A stretch of 64,000 nucleotides of DNA from Limosilactobacillus sp. (GCF_030530845.1 NZ_JAUMUE010000001.1); one strand, 5' to 3'. Counted from the first letter of the stretch, positions 9,430-20,357 are shown. The notes: a model not told the origin generated them from the letters alone. A program made the numbers and translations.

Positions 9430-10392
9430 ATGACATTGAAATATACTGTACTCGGCGTTGGTGCCATGGGATTACGTTTCGGCGTGTTGTTGCAAGAATT
9501 AGCAGGTGCACAAGTTGACTTTGTTGATAACTGGGCACCTCAAGTTGAAACAATTAAAGAACAGGGTGGGGTATACGTCTCACGTGACCACGAAAACCGC
9601 CATCTGGTACCAGTCAATATTTATTCCCCAGAAGAATACAATGGCGACCCGGACGTCTTCATCGTCTTTGCCAAGCAGATGACACTGGCCGAACTCTTAG
9701 AGCGCAGTGCACACTTCTTCCATCCAGAACGCCAATACGTTTTCTCTGGTATGAATGGAATGGGGCACATCGAAAAGATCAACAAGTACTTCCCTAAGGA
9801 ACACGTGGTTGCCGGGACCTGCTTAATCGGGACAGTGTTGAACAAGGCCGGGGATGTCGACTTCATCGGTAAGTCTGGTGCGGGTTCCATCAACCTGGCA
9901 CCACAAGTCGGCGAACCTGATGAACGTGTGAAGGAAATTGTGGCCGACTTTGAAGTTGCCAACATTAACCCACACTTGAACGACAATTTCTACGGAACAT
10001 TGATGACAAAGGTAGTCTTCAACTCTGTTATCAACACCATCTGTACCCTGTTTGAAATCCAAATGGGTCAATTCATTGACTACGATGGCGCAGAAAAGTT
10101 AGGTAAGCAATTGATCAACGAAGCCTTTGACGTTGCGGAACGTGCCGGCATCCAGCTCTTGAGTACCCGTGAAGAAGAATGGCAAACGATCAAGTACGTC
10201 AGTGAAGTTTCTAACCCACTGCACTACCCATCTATGTACCAAGATATGAGCAAGAATCGTCCAACCGAAGTCGATTACATCAACGGATACATCTATGACC
10301 TCGGTAAGAAGTACAACTACGAAGCATCAACACACGACTTCTTGCGTAACTTGGTCCACTTGGCAGAAAACACTCGTAAGTTTAGACAATAA
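9430..10392 (+). CDS. 2-dehydropantoate 2-reductase family (PanE/ApbA-like keto-acid reductase)
   Basis: N-terminal VLGVGAMG Rossmann motif and ApbA-like C-terminal domain. It lies 12 nt after the aminotransferase stop. Confidence 0.75.
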   Translation: MTLKYTVLGVGAMGLRFGVLLQELAGAQVDFVDNWAPQVETIKEQGGVYVSRDHENRHLVPVNIYSPEEYNGDPDVFIVFAKQMTLAELLERSAHFFHPERQYVFSGMNGMGHIEKINKYFPKEHVVAGTCLIGTVLNKAGDVDFIGKSGAGSINLAPQVGEPDERVKEIVADFEVANINPHLNDNFYGTLMTKVVFNSVINTICTLFEIQMGQFIDYDGAEKLGKQLINEAFDVAERAGIQLLSTREEEWQTIKYVSEVSNPLHYPSMYQDMSKNRPTEVDYINGYIYDLGKKYNYEASTHDFLRNLVHLAENTRKFRQ

Positions 10393-10421
10393 AAAAAGAA
10401 GCGGATTTTCCGCTTCTTTTT
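10392..10421. terminator. bidirectional intrinsic terminator
   Basis: AAAAAAAGAAGCGGA TTTTCCGCTTCTTTTT. Confidence 0.85.
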
Positions 10422-12351
10422 AGTTCTCCTGGTCAAATGTTTCCAGCTGTTCGGCAGCTTCGGTCCAGGCGAGTTCGACTTCTTCTGATTTTTCCGTCAG
10501 TGCATCGAGTTCCTTTTGCAGGTCAGTCAGCTTGCCAATATCAGTAGCAACTTCTGGCTGGCTCATTTCGGCTTCGATCGCCGACTTCTTTTCTTCTAAT
10601 GCGCCCATTTCTTCTTCCAGACGGTCAACTTCACGTTGGATCTTTCGGCGGGCACGTTGTTGTTCTTTGCTTTCCTGGTAGGATTTCTTTGCTTGTGACA
10701 CGGCAGGCTTAGCGGTGGCAGTTTCGGTTTCTGCCGGAGCGTTCTTGGCCACTTCAGCCAGGTAGTCGTCATAGTCACCTTCGTAGTGAGTGATGCCGTC
10801 CTTGCGCATGTATAAGATGTCAGTGGCGACCTGGTTGATGAAGTACCGGTCGTGTGAAACGAAGAGGACGGTTCCCGGAAATTCATTGATCGCACTTTCC
10901 AACACTTCCCGGCTGTCGATGTCCAAGTGGTTCGTTGGTTCATCCAAGATCAAGAAGTTGATTGGTTCAAATGAAAGCTTGGTTAATTCTAACCGGGCTT
11001 TTTCACCACCGGAAAGTTCCTTAACTGTTTTGTACACGTCATCCCCGACGAAGAGGAAGGAGCCCAGCAGTGAACGAATGTCTTTTTCCAATACCTCAGG
11101 GTGGTCGTCCCAAACTTCATTTAAGACGCTCTTTTCGGGATGGAGTTGTTGCTGTTCCTGGTCGTAGTAACCGATGTCAAGGTTGGCGCCGAGCTTAACC
11201 GTACCAGAGATTGCTGGAATCTTGTCGAGCAGGGTCTTCAGCAGGGTAGACTTACCAATCCCGTTTGGCCCGATGATCCCAATTCGTTCTGGCTTACGCA
11301 CGGCAAAGGAGAGGGGGCCAGCGAGAATCTGGTCGTTGTAACCCACCCTGAGATTTTCAACGTCGAGGACTTCATTCCCACTTTCTTTTTCGCTGTGGAA
11401 ACTAAAGTGGATCGATTGGTCGTCGCTCATTGGTCGTTCCATCCGGTCCATCTTCTCTAATTGCTTACGCCGGGCCTGTGCACGCTTAGTTGTGGATGCA
11501 CGGACGATGTTGCGGTTCACGAAGTCTTCAAGCTTAGCGATTTCCTTTTGTTGCTGGTCGTAGTGCTTCATTTCTGCCTTGAGACGTTCTTGCTTGTGTT
11601 GGACGAACTGGGTGTAGTTACCTGTGTAGTGGAGCAGGGTCCGGTTGTCCAGGTCGTATACATCCTTGACGACGTGGTCTAAGAAGTACCGGTCGTGGGA
11701 AACGATCAAAAGTGCGCCGGAGTAACTCTTGAGGTAGTCTTCCAACCACGCTAAGACGCCCATGTCCAGGTGGTTGGTCGGTTCATCCAAGATCAGCAAG
11801 TTCGGTTCTTGAAGCAAGATCTTGGCCAGTGCCAGCTTCGTCTTTTGTCCACCAGACAGCGCATTGACGGGGGTGTCGTAGTATTCCTCACCAAAACCAA
11901 ATCCGGTTAAGATCCCGCGCATCCGTGACTCGTATTCAAAACCGCCACGCTTCTTGAAGTCGCTTTGCAACCGGTCGTATTTATCGAGTACTTGTTGGTA
12001 CTGGGGAGTGGTTGAGTCCAGAGTTGCCAATTGTTCTTCGAGATCGTGAATTTCACGTTCTTCTTCGTGAAGAGGCGTGAATACTGTGTCGAGCTCAGAC
12101 CAGATGGTATTTTGACTATCCAAACCCTGGTCCTGGGCGAGGTAGCCAATCGTCAGGTTCTTGGCCTTACTGATGGTCCCTTCGTCCGGCTCGGTAATTC
12201 CCGCGATCATCTTGAGCAGGGTCGTCTTACCCGCACCGTTGCGTCCAACGAGTGCAGTCCGGCCGTGCTCTTGGATCTGCATATTAATATCATGGAATAA
12301 TACATCGGCACCGAATCGCCGTTGTACATTATTTGTTTGCAAAAGTATCAT
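10420..12351 (-). CDS. ABC-F family ATPase (two ABC domains plus C-terminal coiled coil)
   Basis: Two Walker A motifs (GRNGAGKTT, GPNGIGKST), two LSGG signatures, and a Glu/Lys-rich C-terminus. GAGG RBS precedes ATG 12351; the track start at 12372 is less likely. Confidence 0.88.
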   Translation of the reverse strand: MILLQTNNVQRRFGADVLFHDINMQIQEHGRTALVGRNGAGKTTLLKMIAGITEPDEGTISKAKNLTIGYLAQDQGLDSQNTIWSELDTVFTPLHEEEREIHDLEEQLATLDSTTPQYQQVLDKYDRLQSDFKKRGGFEYESRMRGILTGFGFGEEYYDTPVNALSGGQKTKLALAKILLQEPNLLILDEPTNHLDMGVLAWLEDYLKSYSGALLIVSHDRYFLDHVVKDVYDLDNRTLLHYTGNYTQFVQHKQERLKAEMKHYDQQQKEIAKLEDFVNRNIVRASTTKRAQARRKQLEKMDRMERPMSDDQSIHFSFHSEKESGNEVLDVENLRVGYNDQILAGPLSFAVRKPERIGIIGPNGIGKSTLLKTLLDKIPAISGTVKLGANLDIGYYDQEQQQLHPEKSVLNEVWDDHPEVLEKDIRSLLGSFLFVGDDVYKTVKELSGGEKARLELTKLSFEPINFLILDEPTNHLDIDSREVLESAINEFPGTVLFVSHDRYFINQVATDILYMRKDGITHYEGDYDDYLAEVAKNAPAETETATAKPAVSQAKKSYQESKEQQRARRKIQREVDRLEEEMGALEEKKSAIEAEMSQPEVATDIGKLTDLQKELDALTEKSEEVELAWTEAAEQLETFDQEN

Positions 12352-12434
12352 TTTGAAACCTCGTTCGATCAATGTTATCTCTAGGAATCCATTTTATCAG
12401 ATTTTAAAAGGGTATGAAAAATTAAAAAATTATT

Positions 12435-12452
12435 TTGTAGGTGACTTCACAA
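12435..12452 (+). promoter_or_regulatory. candidate Rex operator
   Basis: TTGTAGGTGACTTCACAA compared with consensus TTGTGAA-N4-TTCACAA. The right half matches perfectly and the left half 4/7. A second TTCACAA occurs at 12490-12496. Confidence 0.3.
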
Positions 12453-12575
12453 ATAGGGCGTAAATTGCTAGAATTAAAGTTGATTGAAATTCACAAGCGC
12501 CGTTTTTGCTACTGGTTAAACGATTAGCAGTTATACACGACGGCCTATTATGTAGACTGAAATAGGGGGATTATA

Positions 12576-13214
12576 ATGCCATCGAATAAAATTCCACGTG
12601 CGACTGCTCGGCGGCTGCCAATTTATTACCGTTATTTAACGGCCTTAAAAAACAATAAAAAGGAACGCGTTTCCTCAACAGAATTGTCACAGGCAGTGCA
12701 AGTCGACTCCGCTACGATCCGGCGTGACTTCTCCTACTTTGGTGAACTTGGTAAGCGTGGATATGGTTATGATGTTGAAAGTTTGTTGAAGTTCTTCATG
12801 AGCATCTTACACCAAGACTCACTGGTTAGCGTTGCCCTGGTTGGGGTTGGTAGTTTAGGTAGCGCCTTGCTCAACTTCAACTTCCGACAAGATGCTAACT
12901 TGCGGATTGGTGCCGCCTTTGACTCAAAGCCTGAATATGCTAATACTGTCATGAGTGGTATTCCAATTTATCCATCTGAAGAATTGGAAAAGCAATTAAA
13001 GGAACAACAAATCAACATCGCCATCTTGACGGTGCAAGGTGAACACGCCCAAGAAGTTACTGACCGATTAGTAGACGCTGGCGTGAAGGGGATTATGAAC
13101 TTTACTCCGGTTCGCCTCTCAGTTCCAGAAGGTGTCCAAGTTCAAAATATTGACTTGACCAATGAATTACAAACTCTGATCTACTTCATCAAGAATTACT
13201 CAGACGAAGACTAA
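12576..13214 (+). CDS. rex: redox-sensing transcriptional repressor Rex
   Basis: [16 protein letters not shown] wHTH signature and GVGSLG Rossmann motif. Confidence 0.92.
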   Translation: MPSNKIPRATARRLPIYYRYLTALKNNKKERVSSTELSQAVQVDSATIRRDFSYFGELGKRGYGYDVESLLKFFMSILHQDSLVSVALVGVGSLGSALLNFNFRQDANLRIGAAFDSKPEYANTVMSGIPIYPSEELEKQLKEQQINIAILTVQGEHAQEVTDRLVDAGVKGIMNFTPVRLSVPEGVQVQNIDLTNELQTLIYFIKNYSDED

Positions 13215-13271
13215 TATACAGCCTTGCTAGACCCGCATCTGGCAAGGCTTTTTCTTTGGGTGGATTTCAAA

Positions 13272-13288
13272 AGTCAAAATTAGTCAAA
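13272..13288 (+). promoter_or_regulatory. CtsR operator upstream of groES
   Basis: AGTCAAA ATT AGTCAAA matches (A/G)GTCAAA-NAN-(A/G)GTCAAA exactly. It lies 9 nt upstream of the putative -35. Confidence 0.6.
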
Positions 13289-13335
13289 CTTTTGTGTTGC
13301 TTTTTGAAGACATGATGGTATAGTAGAAAATGTAA

Positions 13336-13362
13336 TTAGCACTTAGCGACTGAGAGTGCTAA
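13336..13362 (+). promoter_or_regulatory. CIRCE (HrcA operator) of groESL
   Basis: TTAGCACTT-N9-GAGTGCTAA compared with TTAGCACTC-N9-GAGTGCTAA. It lies downstream of TTGCTT-16-TATAGT (13297-13324). Confidence 0.9.
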
Positions 13363-13392
13363 AAATATGATTAACAAGATGGAGGGATTAAC

Positions 13393-13677
13393 GTGTTAAG
13401 ACCATTAGGAGACCGCGTTGTTCTTAAAGCTGAAACTGAAGAAGAAAAGACAGTTGGTGGAATTGTCCTTGCTTCCAATGTAAAGGAAAAGCCAACTACT
13501 GGTAAAGTTATTGCTGTCGGCGAGGGTCGGACTCTCGATAACGGTGAAAAGCTTACTCCAGCTGTTAAAGAAGGCGACCGGGTACTGTTCGACAAGTACG
13601 CTGGTAATGAAGTTGAATATGACGGTGAAAAGTACTTGGTAGTTCACGAAAAGGACTTAGTTGCCGTAATCGACTAA
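13393..13677 (+). CDS. groES: co-chaperonin GroES
   Basis: [12 protein letters not shown]... 94 aa, GTG start after GGAGGG. Confidence 0.95.
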   Translation: MLRPLGDRVVLKAETEEEKTVGGIVLASNVKEKPTTGKVIAVGEGRTLDNGEKLTPAVKEGDRVLFDKYAGNEVEYDGEKYLVVHEKDLVAVID

Positions 13678-13719
13678 TTAATAAATACGTGAAAAATTTC
13701 GAATTAAATTATTTTTTGA

Positions 13720-15351
<1,632 letters not shown>

Positions 15352-15361
15352 TTTAATTTTC

Positions 15362-15391
15362 AAAGAGGCTGAGTAATCAGCCTCTTTTTTT
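15362..15391 (+). terminator. groEL intrinsic terminator
   Basis: AAGAGGCTGA gtaa TCAGCCTCTT followed by TTTTT. Confidence 0.85.
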
Positions 15392-15528
15392 GCTTTAAAA
15401 GGAATTCCTGCAAAATTCTGGGATTTAATTTACAAATCTTATTTGAAAAGTAGTCTGAGAAGTTGTAACATAATTCAATCGTAGAGAAAAAATAAAACTT
15501 ATTACAATAAATAAGTAGGAGGATAATC

Positions 15529-17367
15529 ATGTGGCGTTATCTTAAGCGCGTGCTGATTGGTAAACCATTAAAGACATTGGATGAAGGTCAATCACACCTG
15601 ACAAAGTTCAAGGCGTTGGCCATGCTCTCATCAGATGCTATTTCATCAGTTGCATATGGTCCTGAACAAATTACCACTGTTTTGGTTACCTTATCAGCAG
15701 CAGCGTTGTGGTACTCAATTCCAATCGCGTTGATTGTGTTGGTACTGTTACTCGCAATTACACTGTCATATCAACAAATTATTCGGGCATACCCATCTGG
15801 TGGGGGTGCTTACCTGGTCGCTACCGATACTTGGGGTGGCTTTGGGGGACTCTTCGCCGGTGGATCACTGCTGGTCGACTACATGCTGACCGTGGCCGTT
15901 TCTACGACTTCTGGTGTTGAAGCCATCACGTCGGCGGTTCCAGCTTTGTACCACTTCTCGATTCCGATTGCGATCATCATCGTTTTGGGGATTATGTTTA
16001 TGAACTTGCGGGGGATGAGCGAAAGTGCCAACTTCTTGACAGTTCCTGTTTACTTCTTCGTGGTCATGATTTTCGTGATGATTGCTTGGGGATTTGTTAA
16101 TGTCTACACCGGCCGCATCCACTACCACGCTCCTGCAAACTACGGGACACCGGTATTAGGTATGTCAGCAGTGCTCTTTATCCGGGCATTCTCAGCTGGT
16201 TCTTCATCACTGACTGGTGTGGAAGCCGTAAGTAACGCGGTGCCAAACTTCAACGAACCAAAGGAAAAGAACGCGGCGACAACTTTGGCCATCATGAGTG
16301 CCATCTTGGCCTTCTACTTCACCGCTATCATCTTCTTCAGTTTCTACCTCGGAATTGTGCCAGATAAGCGGACCACCGTTCTGTCACAAATCGCCTACAC
16401 AATTTTCGGCGGACACGGATTGGGATTCTACCTTGTACAACTGTCAACGGCAATGATCCTGGCAGTTGCAGCCAACACCGGTTTCTCCGCCTTCCCAATT
16501 CTGGCCTACAACATGGCTAAGGATAAGTACATGCCACACGCCTTCATGGACCGTGGTGACCGTCTGGGTTATTCCAACGGTATCATCTCACTGGCCATCG
16601 GTGCGATTATTCTGATTTTGATCTTCCACGGTCAAACTAACAGCTTAATCCCACTTTATGCGGTCGGTGTGTTCGTGCCATTTACGTTGTCACAATCAGG
16701 GATGATTATTCACTGGTTCAGAGAACGTGAAGGTTTCTGGCTCGGTAAGTCATTCATCAACTTGGTCGGGGCAGTTATTTCATTATCACTGGTTGTCTTC
16801 TTATTCTGGCAACACTTTGACAATGTTTGGCCATACCTGATCATCATGCCATTGCTCTTATTTGCCTTCCGTTCAATTCACAGCCACTACGTTAAGGTTG
16901 CGGCTCAATTACGGGTGGCAGAAAAGACCAAGGTGCAACTTCACGATTACGACGGTGCCACAGTTATCGTGCTGGTCGGTAACGTTACTCGTGTGACCCG
17001 GGGTGCAATTAACTATGCACGTTCTATCGGTGATTATGTGATCGCCATGCACGTGTCATTTGATGAAAACCCTGGTAAGGAACACAAGACGGCTAACGAA
17101 TTCAAGGCGGAATACCCTGACGTTCGTTTCGTTGATATCCACTCTTCATACCGGTCCATCGCTAAGCCAACTCTGCGTTTCGTTGACGTGATTGCTAAGC
17201 GGGCCGAAGAACGGAACTACTCAACGACTGTTCTGGTTCCACAATTTATTCCAAAGCACCCATGGCAATTGGCACTGCATAACCAAACCAGTGTCCGTCT
17301 CCGTGCGGTCCTGAACTCTCGTGAAAACATCATTGTTGCTAGTTACAACTACCACTTGCACGAATAG
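15529..17367 (+). CDS. kimA: APC-superfamily K+/H+ symporter, KimA (YdaO)-like
   Basis: 612 aa. The N-terminus (KRVLIGKPLKT...LTKFKALAMLSSDAISSVAYGPEQI) closely resembles B. subtilis KimA as I recall it. Twelve or so TM segments plus a roughly 150-aa cytoplasmic tail. Confidence 0.75.
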   Translation: MWRYLKRVLIGKPLKTLDEGQSHLTKFKALAMLSSDAISSVAYGPEQITTVLVTLSAAALWYSIPIALIVLVLLLAITLSYQQIIRAYPSGGGAYLVATDTWGGFGGLFAGGSLLVDYMLTVAVSTTSGVEAITSAVPALYHFSIPIAIIIVLGIMFMNLRGMSESANFLTVPVYFFVVMIFVMIAWGFVNVYTGRIHYHAPANYGTPVLGMSAVLFIRAFSAGSSSLTGVEAVSNAVPNFNEPKEKNAATTLAIMSAILAFYFTAIIFFSFYLGIVPDKRTTVLSQIAYTIFGGHGLGFYLVQLSTAMILAVAANTGFSAFPILAYNMAKDKYMPHAFMDRGDRLGYSNGIISLAIGAIILILIFHGQTNSLIPLYAVGVFVPFTLSQSGMIIHWFREREGFWLGKSFINLVGAVISLSLVVFLFWQHFDNVWPYLIIMPLLLFAFRSIHSHYVKVAAQLRVAEKTKVQLHDYDGATVIVLVGNVTRVTRGAINYARSIGDYVIAMHVSFDENPGKEHKTANEFKAEYPDVRFVDIHSSYRSIAKPTLRFVDVIAKRAEERNYSTTVLVPQFIPKHPWQLALHNQTSVRLRAVLNSRENIIVASYNYHLHE

Positions 17368-17378
17368 GCGAGGGTATT

Positions 17379-17636
17379 ATGGACAAGAAACAATTATCTC
17401 TCGGGAGTGCCTTTGCAATCGGACTCTTCATGGTGGCGGGATTTTCGATTGATAGTCACGGCTTTCACTCGGGAATCTACGGCATCATTGGCTGTGTCCT
17501 GCTGCTAGGTTCATATCTTGGCCTTTATTGGGACAAGATCAAGAGCGGTGACCTCCGCATTAAGCGCCTGTCATATTTACTTGGCGGACTGCTGTTGCTG
17601 GTGGTCATCCTCGATGTTATTGAAATGATCATATAG
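17379..17636 (+). CDS. small hydrophobic membrane protein (about 3 TM), function unknown
   Basis: 85 aa. ATG lies 12 nt after the kimA stop, preceded by GAGGG. It shares the terminator at 17636-17667. Confidence 0.55.
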   Translation: MDKKQLSLGSAFAIGLFMVAGFSIDSHGFHSGIYGIIGCVLLLGSYLGLYWDKIKSGDLRIKRLSYLLGGLLLLVVILDVIEMII

Positions 17637-17667
17637 AAAAAAGCTCAGGAATTTTCCTGGGCTTTTT
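17636..17667. terminator. bidirectional intrinsic terminator
   Basis: AAAAAAGCTCAGGAA TTTTCCTGGGCTTTTT. Confidence 0.8.
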
Positions 17668-18307
17668 ATTCTGGCTGGTACGCAATTTCGTGGAAGTGCG
17701 TGCCGGCTTTTTCGATTGTCAGTTGGTCGTTGAAGCGGGTGGTCAAATTTGCGATTACTTGATCGGCCTCGTCCTCGTTCACGAAGATGCTGGTGATGAC
17801 GTTGACACCGTATTGTTCACCGTCGATGGCAATTTGTTCTTCGTTCAAGTAGTAAACAAAGGAATCATGCAAGCTGTAGGAGACTGTGACGTCAAGCTTG
17901 AGTTGGCTGACGCGTTGGATAATTCCGGCATCACGAATCGCTTCGGTCGTGGTGTTGCTGTAAGCACGGATTAAACCACCGGCGCCAAGTTTGATCCCAC
18001 CGAAGTAACGGGTGACAACCGCAACAACATTGTGGAGATTGGCCATCTTCAGTGATTCGAGGATTGGCACTCCGGCAGTCCCGCTTGGCTCACCATTGTC
18101 GCTTTCTCGTTGGATCTGATCCTTATCACCGACCATGTAGGCAAAGCAGTTGTGAGTGGCCTTGCGATTTTCGTCTTGGATCTTTTTGATGAATTCTTGG
18201 GCCTCTTCGTCGCTCGTGGCCCGTGCAATCGAGCAGATGAAGCGTGACTTCTTGATGACTACTTCGGTTGCACTAGATTTTGCAATCATTAAAAATGGTT
18301 CGTCCAT
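17666..18307 (-). CDS. YigZ / IMPACT (UPF0029) family protein
   Basis: 213 aa. Family pattern KSRFI..., HNCFAY, DDGEPSGTAG-like (DNGEPSGTAG), and YFGGIKLGAGGL. Confidence 0.85.
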   Translation of the reverse strand: MDEPFLMIAKSSATEVVIKKSRFICSIARATSDEEAQEFIKKIQDENRKATHNCFAYMVGDKDQIQRESDNGEPSGTAGVPILESLKMANLHNVVAVVTRYFGGIKLGAGGLIRAYSNTTTEAIRDAGIIQRVSQLKLDVTVSYSLHDSFVYYLNEEQIAIDGEQYGVNVITSIFVNEDEADQVIANLTTRFNDQLTIEKAGTHFHEIAYQPE

Positions 18308-18370
18308 GAAAATTTCCTTTCGTGCAATTTGATTTGTTTGCCGTATTTAATATTAGGGAGGCGAACAAAA

Positions 18371-19699
18371 GTGAATTCAGATTTTTACGGTCGGCAGGTC
18401 CTTGTACCTCGGGATCAGCCGTCGATTGAAAACGTACAGACATTCCCCACGATGGAGGTGCGATCCACGGAAGTTCGATGCTGTCGATGCAACAAATCTA
18501 CCCTCAAAGAACAGGCAGCGCTCCCTAATGAAGAATATTATTGCCCGCAGTGTTTGAACCTCGGGCGTGTTTCAACTCTATGCAAATTTTATCATGTTCC
18601 TGAGCCAAATTCATTCCAGGTTCCAGATCGGGTGCTGACGTGGGAAGGACAGTTGTCACCACTCCAACACCAGGCGGCAGAGAGCGTTAAGGCGGGGATG
18701 CTTGCTCATCAGCGACAGTTGCTCTGGGCGGTCACTGGTGCCGGAAAGACCGAGATGATGTTTCAAGGGATCGCAGCTTGCTTGGAAAAGGGCGAGCGGG
18801 TGGCGGTGGCCTCACCACGGGTCGATGTCTGTATCGAGCTCTTTCCCCGCTTTCAAAAGGCCTTTGAAAATATCGATATTGTCCTCCTTCACGGTCGCAG
18901 TGACGAGCCATATCGCTATGCTCAGCTGACAATCTGCACGACTCACCAGCTACTCCGCTTTTACCACGCATTCGACAACTTGGTGATCGATGAGGTTGAC
19001 GCCTTTCCCTTTGCGGCGAATCCTCAACTCTTTTACGCTGCCAACCGGTCAATCAAGGAGACGGGTGGACAGTTGTTCCTGACAGCGACCCCAGGCGGTT
19101 ACCTGCTACGGGAGTCCAAGGCCAAACGGTTAAAGACAACCTACCTGCCACTGCGCTTCCACGGATTTTTGTTGCCAACGATCCGACTGAACCTAGCGCG
19201 GAACTGGCGGACTAACCTGGCGAAGGGACGACTGCCTTCAAGCCTTATCCAGCAAATGCGGCGGAGTCTTAAGGAGGGCCTGCGCTTCTTGCTTTTTGCG
19301 CCCCACGTCAAGGATTTGCCGGGAGTGGAGCAGGCGTGCAAAAGAGCGTTCCCAGACGTCGACTTTACTACCGTCCATGCCAGTGATCCCGACCGCCTTG
19401 ATAAAGTCCAAAAAATGCGTGACCACGAGTACCAATTTCTGATTACGACCTCGATTTTGGAGCGGGGTGTTACTTTTCCTGAGATCGACGTCTTTGTCCT
19501 TGGTGCCGACGATGGGGTCTTTTCTACGGCTGCTTTGGTGCAAATTGCTGGGCGTGCGGGGAGATCAGCATCTCGTCCAGTGGGTCGGGTTGGCTTTTGG
19601 ATCGATGCCCATTCCAAGGTCGTCAACGAAGCGGTGCGGCAGGTACGTTACATGAACATGAAAGGAAAACAGTGCGGTGGCAAAGTGTCTTCTGTGTAA
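18371..19699 (+). CDS. comFA: competence helicase ComFA (DEAD/DEAH-box)
   Basis: N-terminal 4-Cys zinc finger (CCRC...CPQC), Walker A GAGKTE, DEVD box, and helicase C domain. GGGAGG RBS precedes GTG 18371. Confidence 0.85.
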   Translation: MNSDFYGRQVLVPRDQPSIENVQTFPTMEVRSTEVRCCRCNKSTLKEQAALPNEEYYCPQCLNLGRVSTLCKFYHVPEPNSFQVPDRVLTWEGQLSPLQHQAAESVKAGMLAHQRQLLWAVTGAGKTEMMFQGIAACLEKGERVAVASPRVDVCIELFPRFQKAFENIDIVLLHGRSDEPYRYAQLTICTTHQLLRFYHAFDNLVIDEVDAFPFAANPQLFYAANRSIKETGGQLFLTATPGGYLLRESKAKRLKTTYLPLRFHGFLLPTIRLNLARNWRTNLAKGRLPSSLIQQMRRSLKEGLRFLLFAPHVKDLPGVEQACKRAFPDVDFTTVHASDPDRLDKVQKMRDHEYQFLITTSILERGVTFPEIDVFVLGADDGVFSTAALVQIAGRAGRSASRPVGRVGFWIDAHSKVVNEAVRQVRYMNMKGKQCGGKVSSV

Positions 19700-20357
19700 C
19701 AGCCAGCTCGGGTTTTCATTAACCATCAAGGGACTCCTCTGGCCGACTAAGCTACAGTCACCGGTGATCTGTCCACTCTGCATGAAGGGCTTTGAAAAAA
19801 TCCCGGTCAAGTTATCCTGTCCTGTGTGTTCACGACCTCAGCCCAGCGGTGAAGTCTGCGGGGATTGCCAACGCTGGCAAAAGGTTTACCCCTGGAAGAT
19901 TCAGCATCACGGACTCTACCGTTACAACGATGCGATGAAGGCTTATATCCAAAGCTACAAGTTCTCCGGTGATTACCGTCTCCGACATGTCTTTGCAGAG
20001 GAGATGAAGGCGGAAATTAAGAAGTATGATGTTGACCTAGTGATCCCGATCCCGGTGACGGACCAGACGATGGCGACGCGAGGATTTAATCAGGTGCGGG
20101 GATGGCTGGAAGGAGTGGATCTCGACGACTCACTTGCCACCAAGATGGAGGAAAAAGTCGCACAGTCAAAGAAAAATCGTCAAGAAAGATTGAAAACTCC
20201 CCAAATTTTTAACCTGAACAATCCTAGTGAAATTTTGGGTAAACGTGTGCTTTTAGTCGACGATATCTATACTACTGGACGGACAATTTATCACGCATCC
20301 GAATGTTTATATAATGCTGGTGCTGCAAGTGTTGTCAGCCTTTCACTTGCTCGATAA
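19677..20357 (+). CDS. comFC: ComFC (phosphoribosyltransferase-family competence protein)
   Basis: N-terminal Cys pairs and the PRTase motif VLLVDDIYTTGRT. It overlaps the comFA 3' end. Confidence 0.85.
   Translation: MAKCLLCNSQLGFSLTIKGLLWPTKLQSPVICPLCMKGFEKIPVKLSCPVCSRPQPSGEVCGDCQRWQKVYPWKIQHHGLYRYNDAMKAYIQSYKFSGDYRLRHVFAEEMKAEIKKYDVDLVIPIPVTDQTMATRGFNQVRGWLEGVDLDDSLATKMEEKVAQSKKNRQERLKTPQIFNLNNPSEILGKRVLLVDDIYTTGRTIYHASECLYNAGAASVVSLSLAR

Noticed and set aside
15352-15528. ydaO/kimA c-di-AMP riboswitch upstream of the KimA-like gene
   Set aside because: The region is AT-rich and lacks the conserved GC-rich pseudo-symmetric helices. It still deserves a covariance-model check.
18308-18370. 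Competence (ComX/cin-box or ComK-box) promoter motif upstream of comFA
   Set aside because: I could not find a convincing TACGAATA-type box or ComK AT-box pair in the 60-nt intergenic region.
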